From the NCBI GenBank assembly GCA_965113315.1, contig OZ220370.1: a DNA stretch of 64,000 nt, one strand, 5' to 3'. The notes under the pieces were generated by a model. It was not told the origin of the DNA. It was given only the letters and a program-made list of their open reading frames with translations, and did not search any database. Both the position numbers and the translations under genes were made by a program. The stretch comes from Podarcis vaucheri (taxonomy: Eukaryota). Position 1 is the first letter of the stretch, and each line of letters begins with the position of its first letter. This document shows, piece by piece, positions 38,234-51,303 of the stretch.

Positions 38234-38637
38234 GTAAGTGGATGTTAATCAAGGGTGGGGGGGGATTAGTCCAAAGCTTTAACTGTCTTTCAATCACTTG
38301 GGAAGATTTCCAAAAGCAATAATTCTTAATCCTTTGTCATAATTCGATTTGGATTTATTACATTTCTAGTTGCTTTTCATTCAAATGAATCCCAAAGTGG
38401 CTTATAAACAATAAATAACAATTAACATGATAGAACATAATTAATTAATTGTTCATTCCTTTTTTTGTTTTGTAATGACTAAAAATGAAAGATGTACAAA
38501 TTCTAATAATGTTTTGTTCCAGTGCTGAACCTGGAAAACACTATATACATACATGCCTAGTGGGTTGAAAAGTTACTTCTATAGATGAGATAATAAAACT
38601 CCCCAAGTAATGCACTGTACTTTTCCTCCTCTCTTAG

Positions 38638-38778
38638 AAGAGTGCAGATGTGCTGTTTTCCCCATTTCAGAAACCGAAGCAGAAACGGCACAGATGTCGA
38701 AACCCTAATAAACTGGATATAAACACCTTAACTGGAGAAGAGAGGGTCCCTGTTGTAAATAAGAGAAATGGCAAGAAG
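38638..38778 (+). CDS. CHD7: CHD7 exon 36 (BRK domain 2 start: [17 protein letters not shown])
   Basis: tag|AAG...AAG|gtagtg, 141 nt. Confidence 0.95.
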
Positions 38779-39159
38779 GTAGTGCTTTTCCAAGTTTGCT
38801 CTAATTCCAAACTTGCATTTTTAGTAGGATACTTAGATTACAGATTATAACCTTTAATTATATAATAAAAATTATATTATAATAATAATACCTTTAATTA
38901 GTTGACTTAATAGGTTGATGCAAGTTCTATAGATTTCATCACTTTGTTCAAAGTAGCATTCTGAATTTTGAGTTGCAGAAATCTTCGGATATCTGGCAAA
39001 GACTTTTTCCACACTTAATGCATGGCTGAGTTTAATTTTTGTCATGTTTTTATTACCAGCTCTGTACTTGTTCTCTAACAAAAAATATACTTTGATAAGT
39101 GGCATATAAAGTATGTACTAGTAACTTTTCGTTAATAAAACATAAAAATGTTTCATTAG

Positions 39160-39264
39160 ATGGGTGGAGCTATGGCCCCTCCAATGAAGGACCTGCCAAG
39201 ATGGCTAGAAGAGAACCCTGAATTTGCTGTTGCTCCAGATTGGACTGACATCGTTAAACAATCT
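39160..39264 (+). CDS. CHD7: CHD7 exon 37 ([35 protein letters not shown])
   Basis: tag|ATG...TCT|gtaagg, 105 nt. Confidence 0.96.
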
Positions 39265-39385
39265 GTAAGGAAAAGCTATATTTCTGGATAGGTTTTGATT
39301 TTCATTTTTAACTGTTTTTAGAGTCTTGTGATCTATATACTTTAAGAGCATGTTATGTGGCTTTATCCTGTCTTCATCTCTGGAG

Positions 39386-40099
39386 CAGGGTGGAGAAATG
39401 CTTCCAGCCAGCAGGCCAGATGCTTAGGTTCCCCAACAGTCATTTTGACTGTCACCTAGCTGTCAATCACCTAACATCACAATGATGGCACGTAAAGTGT
39501 TTTCTTTGCCTGTACAAATTGTCTGCATTTGCAGAGCTCTGTGCCTTTGCCAGCACTGGTGAACATGGTGGCACTTGGAAAGGCACAGGGCTTTATAAGC
39601 ACCAACAACCAGCTGATCGGCAGTGCCTACAAACACAGCTTTTGACAGGGAGCCACTTTTGACAGGGTGGGTGTGGCTTGTCTGAAACAGCCTTGCAGGT
39701 CAAATGGGGAGGCCTGCCGGGTCCATTTAGGCCAGGGGTCTGCAACCTTTAAGACAAAAAGAGCCACTTGGACCCGTTTCCAAAGGAAAAAAAACATGGG
39801 AGCTGCAAAACCATTGCGACATTTAAAACAAATATATCTCCAGAGCCACGATCTGACAGCGGGCGGGAAGGTGACGTTGGGACGGTGCGTGACTAACGCA
39901 CGCACCGCCCCCATGCGACGTCACAGCCAGTACAGCGCCCGCCACAGTGGGGAGTCTCGGGGCGCACAATGCGCCTCCTCCCCTCGCTAGTATCCGCCCT
40001 GGAGCCGCGGCAAAGGTGTAAAAGAGCCACATGCGGCTCCGGAGCCGCGGGTTGCAGACCCCTGATTTAGGCTGACAGGCCAGAAGTTCCCAACCACTG
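39386..40099. mobile_element. Older degenerate hAT-like non-autonomous element hosting a younger insertion
   Basis: Imperfect ends CAGGGTGGAGAA / TTCCCAACCACTG; GGCC-rich subtermini. Confidence 0.5.
39733..40064. mobile_element. Young hAT MITE
   Basis: Perfect TIR CAGGGGTCTGCAACC, perfect 8-bp TSD ATTTAGGC, CpG-rich interior. Confidence 0.92.
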
Positions 40100-40788
40100 C
40101 TGTGAAACGGTAGCTACCCGCTTTGGTGGACATTTGTAACTGCTTCATTATTAGTGTACGACTGTCTTAGGAATACCTATTAAATACAAGATTAATACAC
40201 AATTGATTATGGAATAAAACCTTCCATGCTTGTAATAAAACTTGTTCTTTGATTAAGTATGTAGACTGCCTTGTTTGAGTTCTGTGAGGAATTTCCCTGT
40301 TCTCAACCTCAGGCATTGGACATGGTGTGTGCAGAGGCATTCTGTTTCTTAAAACCTAGAAGCCTAGTACTTGTCAGACAAAGGACCACATCATGTTTAA
40401 TTTGCTTCGGATTTTGCAAGGCTTTATAAATCTGGTGTGTTTATCGTATCAGATTTCTTTGGAAGTCTCGTCTTCGGAGCATTACCTACTGTTTCTGGTT
40501 TCTTTGTTTTTACCATTGTTTTGTTTACTATATCATATTGATGATGTTGAAGGGAGAGCTTATTTACTGGACAATGCTCAAAGGTATGATCTGGCCTTTA
40601 ATGGGAGGAGGGAAAGGGCTGCTTTGTGAACAAGATCTAATTGGCAGCATACCTGTTCTTTTCCTTGCCCTTGGGATTATACGCTCTGCTTTGTCATGTG
40701 AGCCGCCCTACATGAAATTCTAAATCGGTAGGCATCCCCGTAGGTAGAAGCGTAACAGCATGGAATGTTTTTTCTTCCCCATATGCAG

Positions 40789-41757
40789 GGTTTTGTTCCA
40801 GAGTCCATGTTTGACCGTCTTCTCACAGGACCTGTTGTGCGAGAAGAGGGAGCAAGCAGAAGAGGGAGAAGGCCAAAAAGCGAAATTGCCAAAGCAGCTG
40901 CAGCAGCTGCTGCTGTAGCTTCAACTTCGGGAATTAACCCACTGCTGATGAACAGTCTGTTCGCTGGAATGGATCTCACGAGCCTTCAGAATTTGCAGAA
41001 CCTACAGTCTCTCCAGCTTGCAGGTCTCATGGGCTTCCCTCCAGGACTAGCGACAGCTGCTGCCGCTGCTGCTGCTGCTGGGGGTGATTCTAAAAATCCA
41101 GCTACCATGCTGCCTCTGATGTTGCCAGGTATGGCAGGGTTGCCCAATATGTTTGGACTCAGTGGATTGTTGAATAACCCAATTACAGCTGCTTCTGGAA
41201 ACACCACTATGGCTTCCAGTCAAGGAGAAACTTCTGAAGATGGCACTTCAAAAGTAGAAGAAAAGAAGACTGAGAATGAAGAGGAGAACAAAGACTCTGA
41301 GAAAAGCACAGACACTGTTTCTGCTACTGACTCCGCAAATGGATCTGTCAGTGTAACTGCTGCCGCCGCTGCAGCAGCAGCAACCACCACCACCACCACC
41401 ACCACAGGATTGCCTGCCAACCCTCTGACCTTCAATCCTTTCCTTCTGTCCACCATGGCTCCTGGCCTGTTCTATCCTTCTATGTTTCTACCTCCAGGAC
41501 TGGGAGGATTGACACTACCTGGTTTCCCAGCATTAGCAGGACTTCAGAATGCAGTGGGCTCCAGTGAAGTGAAGGTTACTGATAAAACTGAAGGAGCTGC
41601 CTTTAAAGATGAAGAAAATCTAGAGGGCAGTGATGCAGAGGAGAGCCTTGATAAAACTGCAGATTCCTCTGCTTTAGAAGATGAAATAGCACAGGGTGAA
41701 GAATTAGACTCGCTTGATGGGGGGGATGAATTAGAAAACAATGAAAATGATGAGTAA
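40789..41757 (+). CDS. CHD7: CHD7 exon 38, terminal coding part ([15 protein letters not shown]...ENNENDE*)
   Basis: cag|GGT; ORF 40765-41757 ends in TAA; characteristic CHD7 C-terminus. Confidence 0.97.
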   Translation, partial: GFVPESMFDRLLTGPVVREEGASRRGRRPKSEIAKAAAAAAAVASTSGINPLLMNSLFAGMDLTSLQNLQNLQSLQLAGLMGFPPGLATAAAAAAAAGGDSKNPATMLPLMLPGMAGLPNMFGLSGLLNNPITAASGNTTMASSQGETSEDGTSKVEEKKTENEEENKDSEKSTDTVSATDSANGSVSVTAAAAAAAATTTTTTTTGLPANPLTFNPFLLSTMAPGLFYPSMFLPPGLGGLTLPGFPALAGLQNAVGSSEVKVTDKTEGAAFKDEENLEGSDAEESLDKTADSSALEDEIAQGEELDSLDGGDELENNENDE

Positions 41758-42675
41758 GCAGTACCAGTTACTGTTAAAGTGTTTTAAACTTTTGACAAGT
41801 GGTAGTCCTACTGTTTACACTCACAGTTAATGTCCATAATTAGTTTTTATAAGCTGTTCTGTAACATAGTGTAGCAAACAAAAAAGTTCAAGTCATGTTA
41901 TACAGATGTGTCAAAAGGTATCTTGGTCATTAAGTATTGTGCAGTGCATTATTTATTATCCCTAGGAGAGATGAAATTGAGAGGTGATCATGTCTTTTTA
42001 AGGAAATTGACATAATGCTCTGCTTTTTTTTCCCTTTTGGTACCATTGGTATTATAAAAGCAGCAATTTGTAATAGAGTGGCACTAAATAGAAGGAAGTG
42101 CTGCTTAAAAGGAAGTATGAAGTTATATATTTAATTTTTTATTTTTATTCTTTGCTGTGAAAGTCAAGATGAAATTTACCACACATATCATACTCGGGCA
42201 TCATTTTGACTGTATGGGGGGTTGCTTGTGCATGTACACATACACACATTCTCTGACAATCTCCATGATAGTGTGAATGTCTCTCTGTCTTGAGACACAG
42301 CAATAATAAGGCAGCTGTTGAATGTGAAGAGTACCTTTTGGAAATTACCCACTGAAAAGGTTCTTGCAGGATAAAACTACAGTTAAATCGTCTCGTGATC
42401 TTGTAATGCACTGGTAAAACAAAAAAAAAAAATTAAAATCAGGTACCTTTTTGAATTAAAGGACTTTGTTACTTTAGCCACAAAGCTAAACAGATTACCT
42501 CAACTCTAAACTAGCCTTGAAGTTTACAGACATGACTTTGTAAATGTATTTGTTTTTCTTCGTTGTGATGTCTTTTTTTTCCCTTGGAAACTGCTATCAT
42601 GTAAGATAAGATGTAAATTGCTGCCAACTGTAGTAATGATGCTTTTAATAAAAGTGACTCATGATATGCAGAGAT
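41758..42675 (+). other. CHD7: CHD7 3' UTR (to the proximal polyA site; may extend further)
   Basis: AU-rich sequence with no recognisable transposon between the stop codon and AATAAA at 42647. Confidence 0.7.
42647..42652 (+). terminator. Polyadenylation signal AATAAA
   Basis: First canonical hexamer noticed after the stop; upstream TGTA motifs and downstream GT/T-rich tracts (~42713-42785). Confidence 0.7.
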
Positions 42676-44620
42676 GTAATTTATAGAATGTAGTGATTAG
42701 GGAAATCACAACTGGTGTTTACTATTTTTTGTATTCTCAATAGTAGCAAATATATAATTGTGTTTCTTTTTTTGGTACCTTTTTTAAAAACTATATCTTC
42801 CTTTGCTAGCTTTTTCTGTCCCTAAATATACTGAATTGGTAGGTTGTGAGAAATAAGACAAGAAGAAAAATCCTGAATTATGTTCATATTATTCCACTCT
42901 AGCTAAAGCTTCAGAAAGACACACAAAACCCTGCATTACTCTTTCAAAAGGGCTTGTGAGACTAGGAATACTTTCAAATGTGTTCAGCGTGTGATAATGT
43001 GGTACATTAAAGAACAAAAGGGTAAAGAGAAATGAGGCTTTGATAGGCACAATATCTAGGTCATTTATCCTTGGTTAATGGGTAGAAAAACACAATGCTG
43101 TAGTTTGAGCAGAGGACATAAAGGCTCTGTGGTTTCCTGTAGACCAGAGCCTGTGATGCCAGAAACCACTGTCAAACAACCTACAGGAAACTACAACTGA
43201 CCCACTTTAAAGAAAACTTAAGCTGCTTCTGGAAAGCTTCTGATTTGTAACTTCATATGACCTTTGATAATGTATCAATTGAGAGTTATTGTTTTCATTG
43301 TACTGTGTCGCCAGGATGAGCACACAGCAACCCTGACATAAAGTTAAAGGGTGAGGCACTTCACTGTGGAGGGTGAAAAGCTGGATCTGCTGGGTGCAGA
43401 GCTCTCTTTAGAGAAATACTTCAAGCACAATGCTGTTGGTGTACTCCAGAATCCACTAACAGTTGATAGAAATCTCAAATAATTTATGAAGCTCGTTTGC
43501 ACATTTGTCTAGCTGCTGTGCAGCGCCCAATAATGCAAACTTAAAGTGACCTTTATTCTAAGGACCAGTTCAGTTTAAAGCACATGCGTATGATGACAGG
43601 AGAGGGCAGAATGTGGGAAAGAGGAGTCTCTGCGAACAATGAAAACAAAGTTAGTAATGAACAGCTGCAAAGTGAATATTGTGTGAATGAAAGATGTGCA
43701 CCGTTTGAATTAGTGAAGATCAAAATGTCTTGTTACCTCCACTTTAATAGATCATAGAGAGCTAATAGAGGTCAGGAAAGATTTTTTTTCCTGTACACAT
43801 TATTGCACAGTTGACTGAATGCATTATTCTTTCCTGTCAAGCCTCACATATGGAGCAGATCATAAAAATCTAGAAACCAACTTGGAGGGGCCATCAATCT
43901 GATCAAGAGTGGCATATCCTGTGTGTGCATTCATATTATCAGCTTGTTAAATTTTTCACTTTTTTTAATGACTCATTTTCAACAAACTCTGGAATTTATT
44001 GTAAAAGTACCACCGTGAAAGATTCTTTGTCTCTATTCCTAGTAATGCATTAATTTTTATACTCCCAGCAAGGAACTTAATGAAGGTTAATGATATCCCA
44101 GGGGAAGGAGTTTTAATTGTCAAGAGCAAAGGCAATTAAAAAACAAATAACACACACAAACCACCAACCTATAGCATCCTTTATTTCTGGCGGCTGTGTG
44201 TCCATTTTACGATGGTGTGAGCCCTCACATATTTAATGTCCTTGGAGAAGATGTCTGGTGTGAAACAACTCATTCCCTTGCGCAGCCAATAGAAACAGTG
44301 CAGAATCTATGAGAAGGTTCAGCACAAGCCCCACTTCTCTATCTGAAAAGGAGGAGGTCCTGATAAATTGTGACCATAAAGTCTATATGAATTAAAGAAA
44401 GCAATAGTGAAGCCTTATCCTCCTTGATGCAGACATATTTAATATGATTGTGCTTTTTTCCTTTGGTAATGGCATGAGTGACTGAATGTTCCATGGAGAA
44501 GGGTGCAGTATCTACAGGTAAAACTGTTCATTCCCCACTAAGCTGTCATATGTGTGCACAAGCTACATACCAGGGCAGTATACGGAGACAATGTATATTC
44601 CTCTTATTCATACTATATAG

Positions 44621-44854
44621 CAGGGATCGGCCAGGTTTGCCTTGCCTGGGCGAGTTCACTCCAGCAGAGATCGCTATGTGGGCCGGATTGCATGCGAACT
44701 TGCAATTTCCGGCGTCTGCACAGCTGCGATTTCTGGCGCCACGGAAGTGAGTCCCTGGACCGGTTTAGCGCAGTGCGCAGGGACTCACCAAGCAGGTGGC
44801 TCGGTTCGGGGACCGGTTAAATAACCCCCGTGGGCCACTTGTTGCCTATCCCTG
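44621..44854. mobile_element. hAT MITE
   Basis: Ends CAGGGATCGGC / GCCTATCCCTG; TSD CTATATAG/CTGTATAG; GC-rich interior. Confidence 0.8.
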
Positions 44855-45067
44855 CTGTATAGTCTTTGTGTGCTGGATCTTGAGTGACTTGCACAGCACA
44901 GGGCTGGATGTAACTAAAGAAGGCACACAACCACCTCTCATTACCCCCATGCTGTGCCCGTTGTGTTGCCCTCTATGTAGGCTGGGGTGGGGATGGAACA
45001 GGGAAATGTTCCCCTCTTCTCATGTAAACATAGCCACACTTAAGAAATTGAAGCAACAGAAATAAAC

Positions 45068-45199
45068 AGGCCTGTTTAGGGAAGTTTTTAATGTTTGGAG
45101 TTTTATTCTGTTTTTAGTGTTCTGTTGGAAGCCGTCCAGAGTGGCTGGCGAAACCCAGCCAGATGGGCGGGGTACAAATAATAAAATTATTATCATATT
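45068..45199 (+). mobile_element. L2-type LINE 3' tail
   Basis: GGAAGCCGTCCAGAGTGGCTGGCGAAACCCAGCCAGATGGGCGGGGTACAAATAATAAA. Confidence 0.75.
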
Positions 45200-47207
45200 A
45201 AAATTGGAGGAGGTAAACAGAAAGGGAGAGTGGAATAGAGGCAGAGTTGTGGGACATGTTACAGTGAAGTGGGGGGACACCGCTTTCCTTGTGGACACAC
45301 TGCCATCACCCATGGAATGATAGGTTAAGGATTCTAACCTGGAGGTATTTGGTATTCCTTTACTCCTACCAGCTGGTTTCTAATTAAAACCAGGCACATG
45401 TGCTTTCATTTTAAAAGAATGGGATTCCTAATGGAAGCATAGCTACTTTGAGGAGGGGGGGGGCGGTTGGCTTAGGATGAAGTTTAAACCAACCCAAGGG
45501 ACTGAGGGCCTGAATCTTGATATGAAAGTGTTGGTGACTGGGATTGAACCTAGTGATCGGGGCTGAATCTTTGCATTAAAGTAAAGTATTTCCAGTGTGA
45601 AAACGCTACTTGTTCCTCTTTAGAAGAATGTGTGTCTTGAAAAATGGCTGATTCTGGAAATATTTGGTATATTGACATGGGTTGTTAGAATAGGAAATAA
45701 TGATCTGCACTGACAGTAGGTTTTCATGAGTTACTTCAAGAAATTGGAGTATTTATATAATACTTCAATGTACTCAATTATTTCCAAATTTGTGGACTCC
45801 AAAAACCAATTTAGCAATTTCCACTCCAATTTCTGCCATAAAGAAAAGTCCAAAATCTATATGAAAGCCCTATTTGTAAAAGAGATGGATTAGAGAAAGT
45901 ACAGTGGTGCAAATGTGCATAATTTGCACAACTCCTGCTTTATTTCATTTTTTTAATGTTTTAAAATAAATACAGTTCTATTGATTTCTAATATATAACA
46001 ACTACAAAAAAGGAAAAGATACAAAAACAAAATCCCAACTTGCTCCCCACTCCAGGACAGATTGATCTAGTTAAGTTTGCCAAAGTCCAATATGTGATTT
46101 TGGTGGTTGTGTAACTCATTCTTGTAGAATTTTGGGGACAGATTTGGTTTCAAGGGTAATCACATACCACTTGAATGTCGCAAGCTTGCCCCAGTGAGGC
46201 ATATAAGAATCTGGATAAATGTACAAAATTGAGAACGTGGTTACATAATGGTGTCAACTTTCCCAATATCTATTATAATTCATTTACTATACTATACAAA
46301 CTTTTTCTGTAAGTGTTTTGGGCCCCAAACTGGAACTTTTGTGGCTTTCAAATTAAATTCTATTTTCTCTCTTGCTAGTCTTGCTTTTATGCAAACAGAC
46401 GGGAGACCTCTGACAAGTATCCTGATGTTCACTCCACCAGCACCATTTTAAATAGCCATGGAGATGAAGGGTTGCAATTTTGATAGTAGTACTGCAGGAT
46501 GAGATTTTTAACGCTTTCCCCCTTGGAACATTTCCCTAATGTAATCACACCACCTAAAACTGCTATTAGCTCTGTTTAAAAAAACAAAACACAAGAAATG
46601 CATTGTACAGGTCCCCACCTTCTATGCTGTCAGCAAAACAGGTCTAAAAGCAACTTAAGTGTTACGTGGTTGTAACTGGGAAAATAACAAGAAGGGCAAG
46701 ACTAAGTTCCCACTCTCCATAACAACACCGTTGCTGTCCATGGGAGACTTTAAAATACAAATGACACATCCCTCCCACCCATTTGTAAGGGATGGGAAAC
46801 TTGTGTTCCCTAGATGTTAACAGACTGCAAGTCTCTAATCTCTGATCAGCGGCCATGTTGATAAAACTAGAGTGATGATGCATTTGGGAAGCAGGTCTTT
46901 CATGCTGTACTTTCTCCCCTTTCAGTTTGGTGGTAGTTCTGAATGTTTGAGACGTGGCCCATTAGAAAGTATAAAAGCACTTCCACAGGCTGTCTAACTT
47001 CTTGGTGTCATTTGCCTTACATCTTCTGTATTTTGACTGAACGAGGAAGCAGATTGCTGCCCCAGTACACCCAGTTTGTTTTCAGTCATAAGTTACAAAC
47101 CTACCATATTTAGAAGGAAGTTCTACTGAGTACTGTGGAACTGTTCTCTCCTATTTCTGGTTTATTTTTGCTGAGATGATTGTTTGCATCCTGGTTTTGC
47201 TGTAGAG

Positions 47208-47491
47208 CATGGGTAGGCAAACTAAGGCCTGGGGGCCGGATCCGGCCCAATCACCTTCTAAATCTGGTGCACGGTCCAGGAATCCGCATTGTTTACATGA
47301 GTAGAATTTGTGGGGTCTGCCTGGTGTTTTTACATGAGTAGAATGTGTGCTTTTATTAAAAATGCATCTCTGGGTTGTTTGTGGGGCAAAGGAATTCGTT
47401 CATATATTTCTTTCAAAATATAGTTCAGGCCCCCCACAAGGTCTGAGGGACAGTGGACTGGCCCCCTGCTGAAAAAGTTTGCTGGCCCCTG
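47208..47491. mobile_element. hAT MITE
   Basis: Imperfect TIR CATGGGTAGGCAAACT / AGTTTGCTGGCCCCTG; perfect 8-bp TSD CTGTAGAG. Confidence 0.88.
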
Positions 47492-50231
47492 CTGTAGAGT
47501 TTTTCTTCCTTTCATCCTATCCCCGATTCCTCCATTTTTATTTTATTTGGATTTGGCCTAGGAAGAGATCTGGCTAAAGAGTGACCATCACCAACTGGCT
47601 GAATACTTAATCTACAGAGAGAACGGCACTGAGGAAAATAATAATTAAGGATCCCTGCTCTCGATTGAATCTTGTCTGGTTTTAAGCACAAACAGCACAC
47701 TCAGCTTTGTTGACTCAGTGATGCATTTGTGTTAGTGGCTGCTTGAGCTGTACACCAATTTACAGTGTGACCTTCAACAAAATGGCATTATTCTTAAATG
47801 CTGCCTGGAGAGCCATGACAGATTACATCAGCCTAATTCATTTCCAGTTACATTCACCCCCCTCTCCGACAAGGAGGAAACCATGCTGCCACCTTCAAAG
47901 TGTTCAATGGCAGAATCCCACAACTGGAGCCTTGGTTGTGAAAATCATTATTGATTTCTTGATCATCCCTGCAACAACTCCCACATTCTCTTTTTTTAAA
48001 CCGGCGGTGGGGGTGGGGTTACCATGTATACAATATTAGCGTCACTGGGAATTAAAACTTCATTACAACAGAATGGAGACTTGAAATGCCATTAAATATA
48101 AGTACTACCAGATTTTGCATGCTGCTGAGACCATATATTTGTCCCCCCCCCTCTTTTTAGGCAGCACTGATTACCAGGACGATCTATTGAAGACTAGTCG
48201 ATACACCTTATTGTTATTTTTGTGGGGGCTGAGGGTGGAATAGTATTCATCTCTATTTGAAGAGTACATTTCACAGATTGCATTTCTTACCCTTTTCCTA
48301 TTGAGCTTTTTTTCAATTCCATTAGTTGACACCTATCTCTTCTCCTGCAACTGTGTGGATTACAGGGTTTATTTTCCTCAAGCAATTGTCAATCAAATGG
48401 TTCCTTAGTTTCTTTTTGATCTGCCTTCATTGCTTCATCTTGATGCCAATGTTGTTACAGCTTTTCATGTCGTTTTGACAACCCTGGGCACCATTTTTCT
48501 TTCGCTGTGACTATTGGGATCAGAATGGAGGCCAGCTGCATCTCTTGGTAGGGATGTTTGTGAATTGGTGTTTGGCTAGAATAGGATTTTGCAAATTGTG
48601 TTGGCATGAACCTCCCCAAGTATGTGCGGCTGGGTTTTTTTTAAGCGTAAGCCAGCTCAGCTTCTTCTGCAGAGCCTGGAGACAACAGATCAAAGAAAGA
48701 GAAAGAGATTGGTACCATTTGGTCCATAGTGTGTTTTGGGATTCTGGTACAGACTTGAGGGAAACATAACAGCCATAAAAAGGGCATTGCGCTAAGGACC
48801 ACTTTACTGCATCATGCCCAAGATCCATCGAATCCATGAGTCCATTTCCATCACATCCCTGTAGATGCCTGCAACACACACATGATGTCTGTTTCCAGCA
48901 TCAGGTATTCAAAGAACTGCTGTCTCTGAACATAGATGTTCCATTAATGGCTAACAGAACCACCCTCCGTGAAACTTACAAACAAACAAAAAACTTATAA
49001 ATGAATGAGCACCTCCAACTGAAAACTGTGGCTGAAAACCCTGCAAATCAATGTGTTGTGTGAATAACAGCTTCTCTTTATCAGCGCTGAACCTACTGCT
49101 AGTCTTCAATGGAACTCCATTTGAGTGTTCAGTGCTTGATGTGTGCAGAAGATATGAACATGCTCTCTAGACCATACCCAGCTAAGCACACACTCGGTGT
49201 TCAAAACTCCCATTGTCTTAGGTGCATTTGGCGACAAGGAATTTCATTACGGCGAGTAGTTTCTGAGTTCTGGGCACAGTACTGCACCTGAAATTTCAGA
49301 TCAAAAGAGTGAAGTGGAAGGAAAGGAGGACATTTTCTGCCTCCCCACTTCCAGCTACTCTCTGAAGACTGGAGAAGAGACCATCTTAAGAATATTAGGG
49401 GGTGGGCAAGGGAAGGACTAGACTATGTGAAAAGTGAACATAATATTTTAGCTGCAGTTCATTCATTTTAAGCTTTGTATTCTTATTATACATAATGCAT
49501 GCCTAGACATTCCGTTGTTGCTCCCATAACCTAGGTTTAAGGTGCCATTTAGCTCCTAGCTTTCATTTCTCAGCTTCTAAGACTGCACACACCACAGCAG
49601 ATACACCCTCTGCATCATTCTGAAGGGGGTCTCATGCTTGCAGCTCTTTCCATGGGGATGAGAACACTGGTTGAAACAAGGTTGTGTCCCCATAGTGCAG
49701 CTGATCCCAGCCATGTCTACCTGCCCCACATATGACAGGGGTGGGCATGGTTCGGGGGAAACCACCTCAGATACCTAATTGGATTACCTGACAGGACTAA
49801 TTAAGCCTGTGGGCTGAAGCTTCCCCACTGCTGCCCTACAGCACCTCCTCCAACCTAGTTCCCTCCATATGCTGTCAGACTATGGGTCCTGTCCTCCATG
49901 CTGACTGGGGCTGATGGAAGTTATGTTACCGAAATATCTATTTGGAAGGGTGCTGTTAAAGAAGCTATGTACACATGCATCCAGGGTGTGGAGCTCATTT
50001 CAGACTGGTGTTGATGGTGGACTGGCCACAGTGAACATGACATGTCAGTGTCTAGTCTCTAGGGTACAAATGGGGAGTCTTAAGTTTCTAAAGAGTCTTT
50101 CAGGTGTTCATTCTGAATGCCTGAAGGGGGCTTTTGTGACTCCCTGTGTCCAGTAGGAGAAAAAGCATAATATCTCTTTGTTGTGTACGATTTCATAAAC
50201 CCTTGCATTAGGAGTTGATTTAGCAGTTAAA

Positions 50232-50580
50232 GGTAAAGGACCCCTGACAGTTAAGTCCAGTCGCGAACGACTCTGGGGTTGTGGCGCTCATCTCACTTTA
50301 CAGGCCGAGGGGGCTGGCATTTGTCCGCAGACAGCTTCCAGGTCATATGGCCAGCATGACTAAGCCGCTTCTGGCGAAACCAGAGCAGCGCAGGGAAACG
50401 TTGTTTACCTTCCTGCCGGAGTGGTACCTATTTATCTACTTGCACTGCGTGCTTTCGAACTGCTAGGTTAGCTGGGACCGAACAATGGGAGCTCACCCTG
50501 TCGTGGGGATTCGAACCACCAACCTTTCAATCGGCAAGCCCAAGGCTCAGTGGTTTACACCACAGCGCCACCCGCGTCCC
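50232..50580 (-). mobile_element. Sauria SINE, full length
   Basis: Minus strand begins GGGACGCGGGTGGCGCTGTGG, has B-box GGTTCGAATCC and ends in an ACCTTT tail; 16-bp TSD TGATTTAGCA(G/A)TTAAA. Confidence 0.9.
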
Positions 50581-51278
50581 TGATTTAGCAATTAAAAATC
50601 TCCAAATGCTTTTCCTCAGAGGGAAGGTGTCTCAAATTTATTTTAGTTACCTTTTACGTTTCTTTCAACTCTTAAATTTTGCTATGAGGTGACCAGAATT
50701 GCAATTGTACTAGATTACATACGGTTCCCTGCACACCAAGAGTGGTAGTGGTGTGTTTACAGGGGGTTGCAGAGAGAGAGGGTCTGGAAATGCCTTTGTG
50801 CATATGTCCATTTTTTGCCACAACTTCTGTTTCTATGGAATGCCAACACATATGACATTAGCCATTGTTGAAATGGTATGGGCAAATTCAGTAGTTTAGA
50901 GCAGGGAGGCGGAATGTGTGACCATCATGAATATCCCCCAAAGGGAATGTTCAAGGATCCCATTCCCTTTGCTTTTAGAACTTTTCAACTTTATATTACT
51001 CAACTTCACGGCACTAAGATCTGTAAAATGACTAAATGCAAATTCCCATCCTTGAAGTACATGCAAACTGACCACTGCAAATCTATTCAGGAATCATCGT
51101 ATTTGACTTTTAACACAACAGCTGAACCATGGACTCGGCAATTCAGGGAGATATAAATGGCTGCATTATAATAAGCAGACACCTATTTCCAGCATGATCT
51201 ATGTTTTTGTGAAAATTCATTATAATAAGTCTTACAATACCAAGCTCTTCAATGAATTTTTCATGTCTGCATACCTAG

Positions 51279-51303
51279 ATATATATATATATATATATAT
51301 ATA
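51279..51303. repeat. (AT)n microsatellite
   Basis: About 12 AT units. Confidence 0.9.

Noticed and set aside
39830-40060. CpG-rich patches (also 18380-18500 and 44620-44850) as possible CpG-island promoters
   Set aside because: Each lies within a MITE bounded by TIRs and TSDs
30238-41741. Antisense ORFs over exons 31, 33, 34, 35 and 38
   Set aside because: Shadow frames of low-complexity coding sequence
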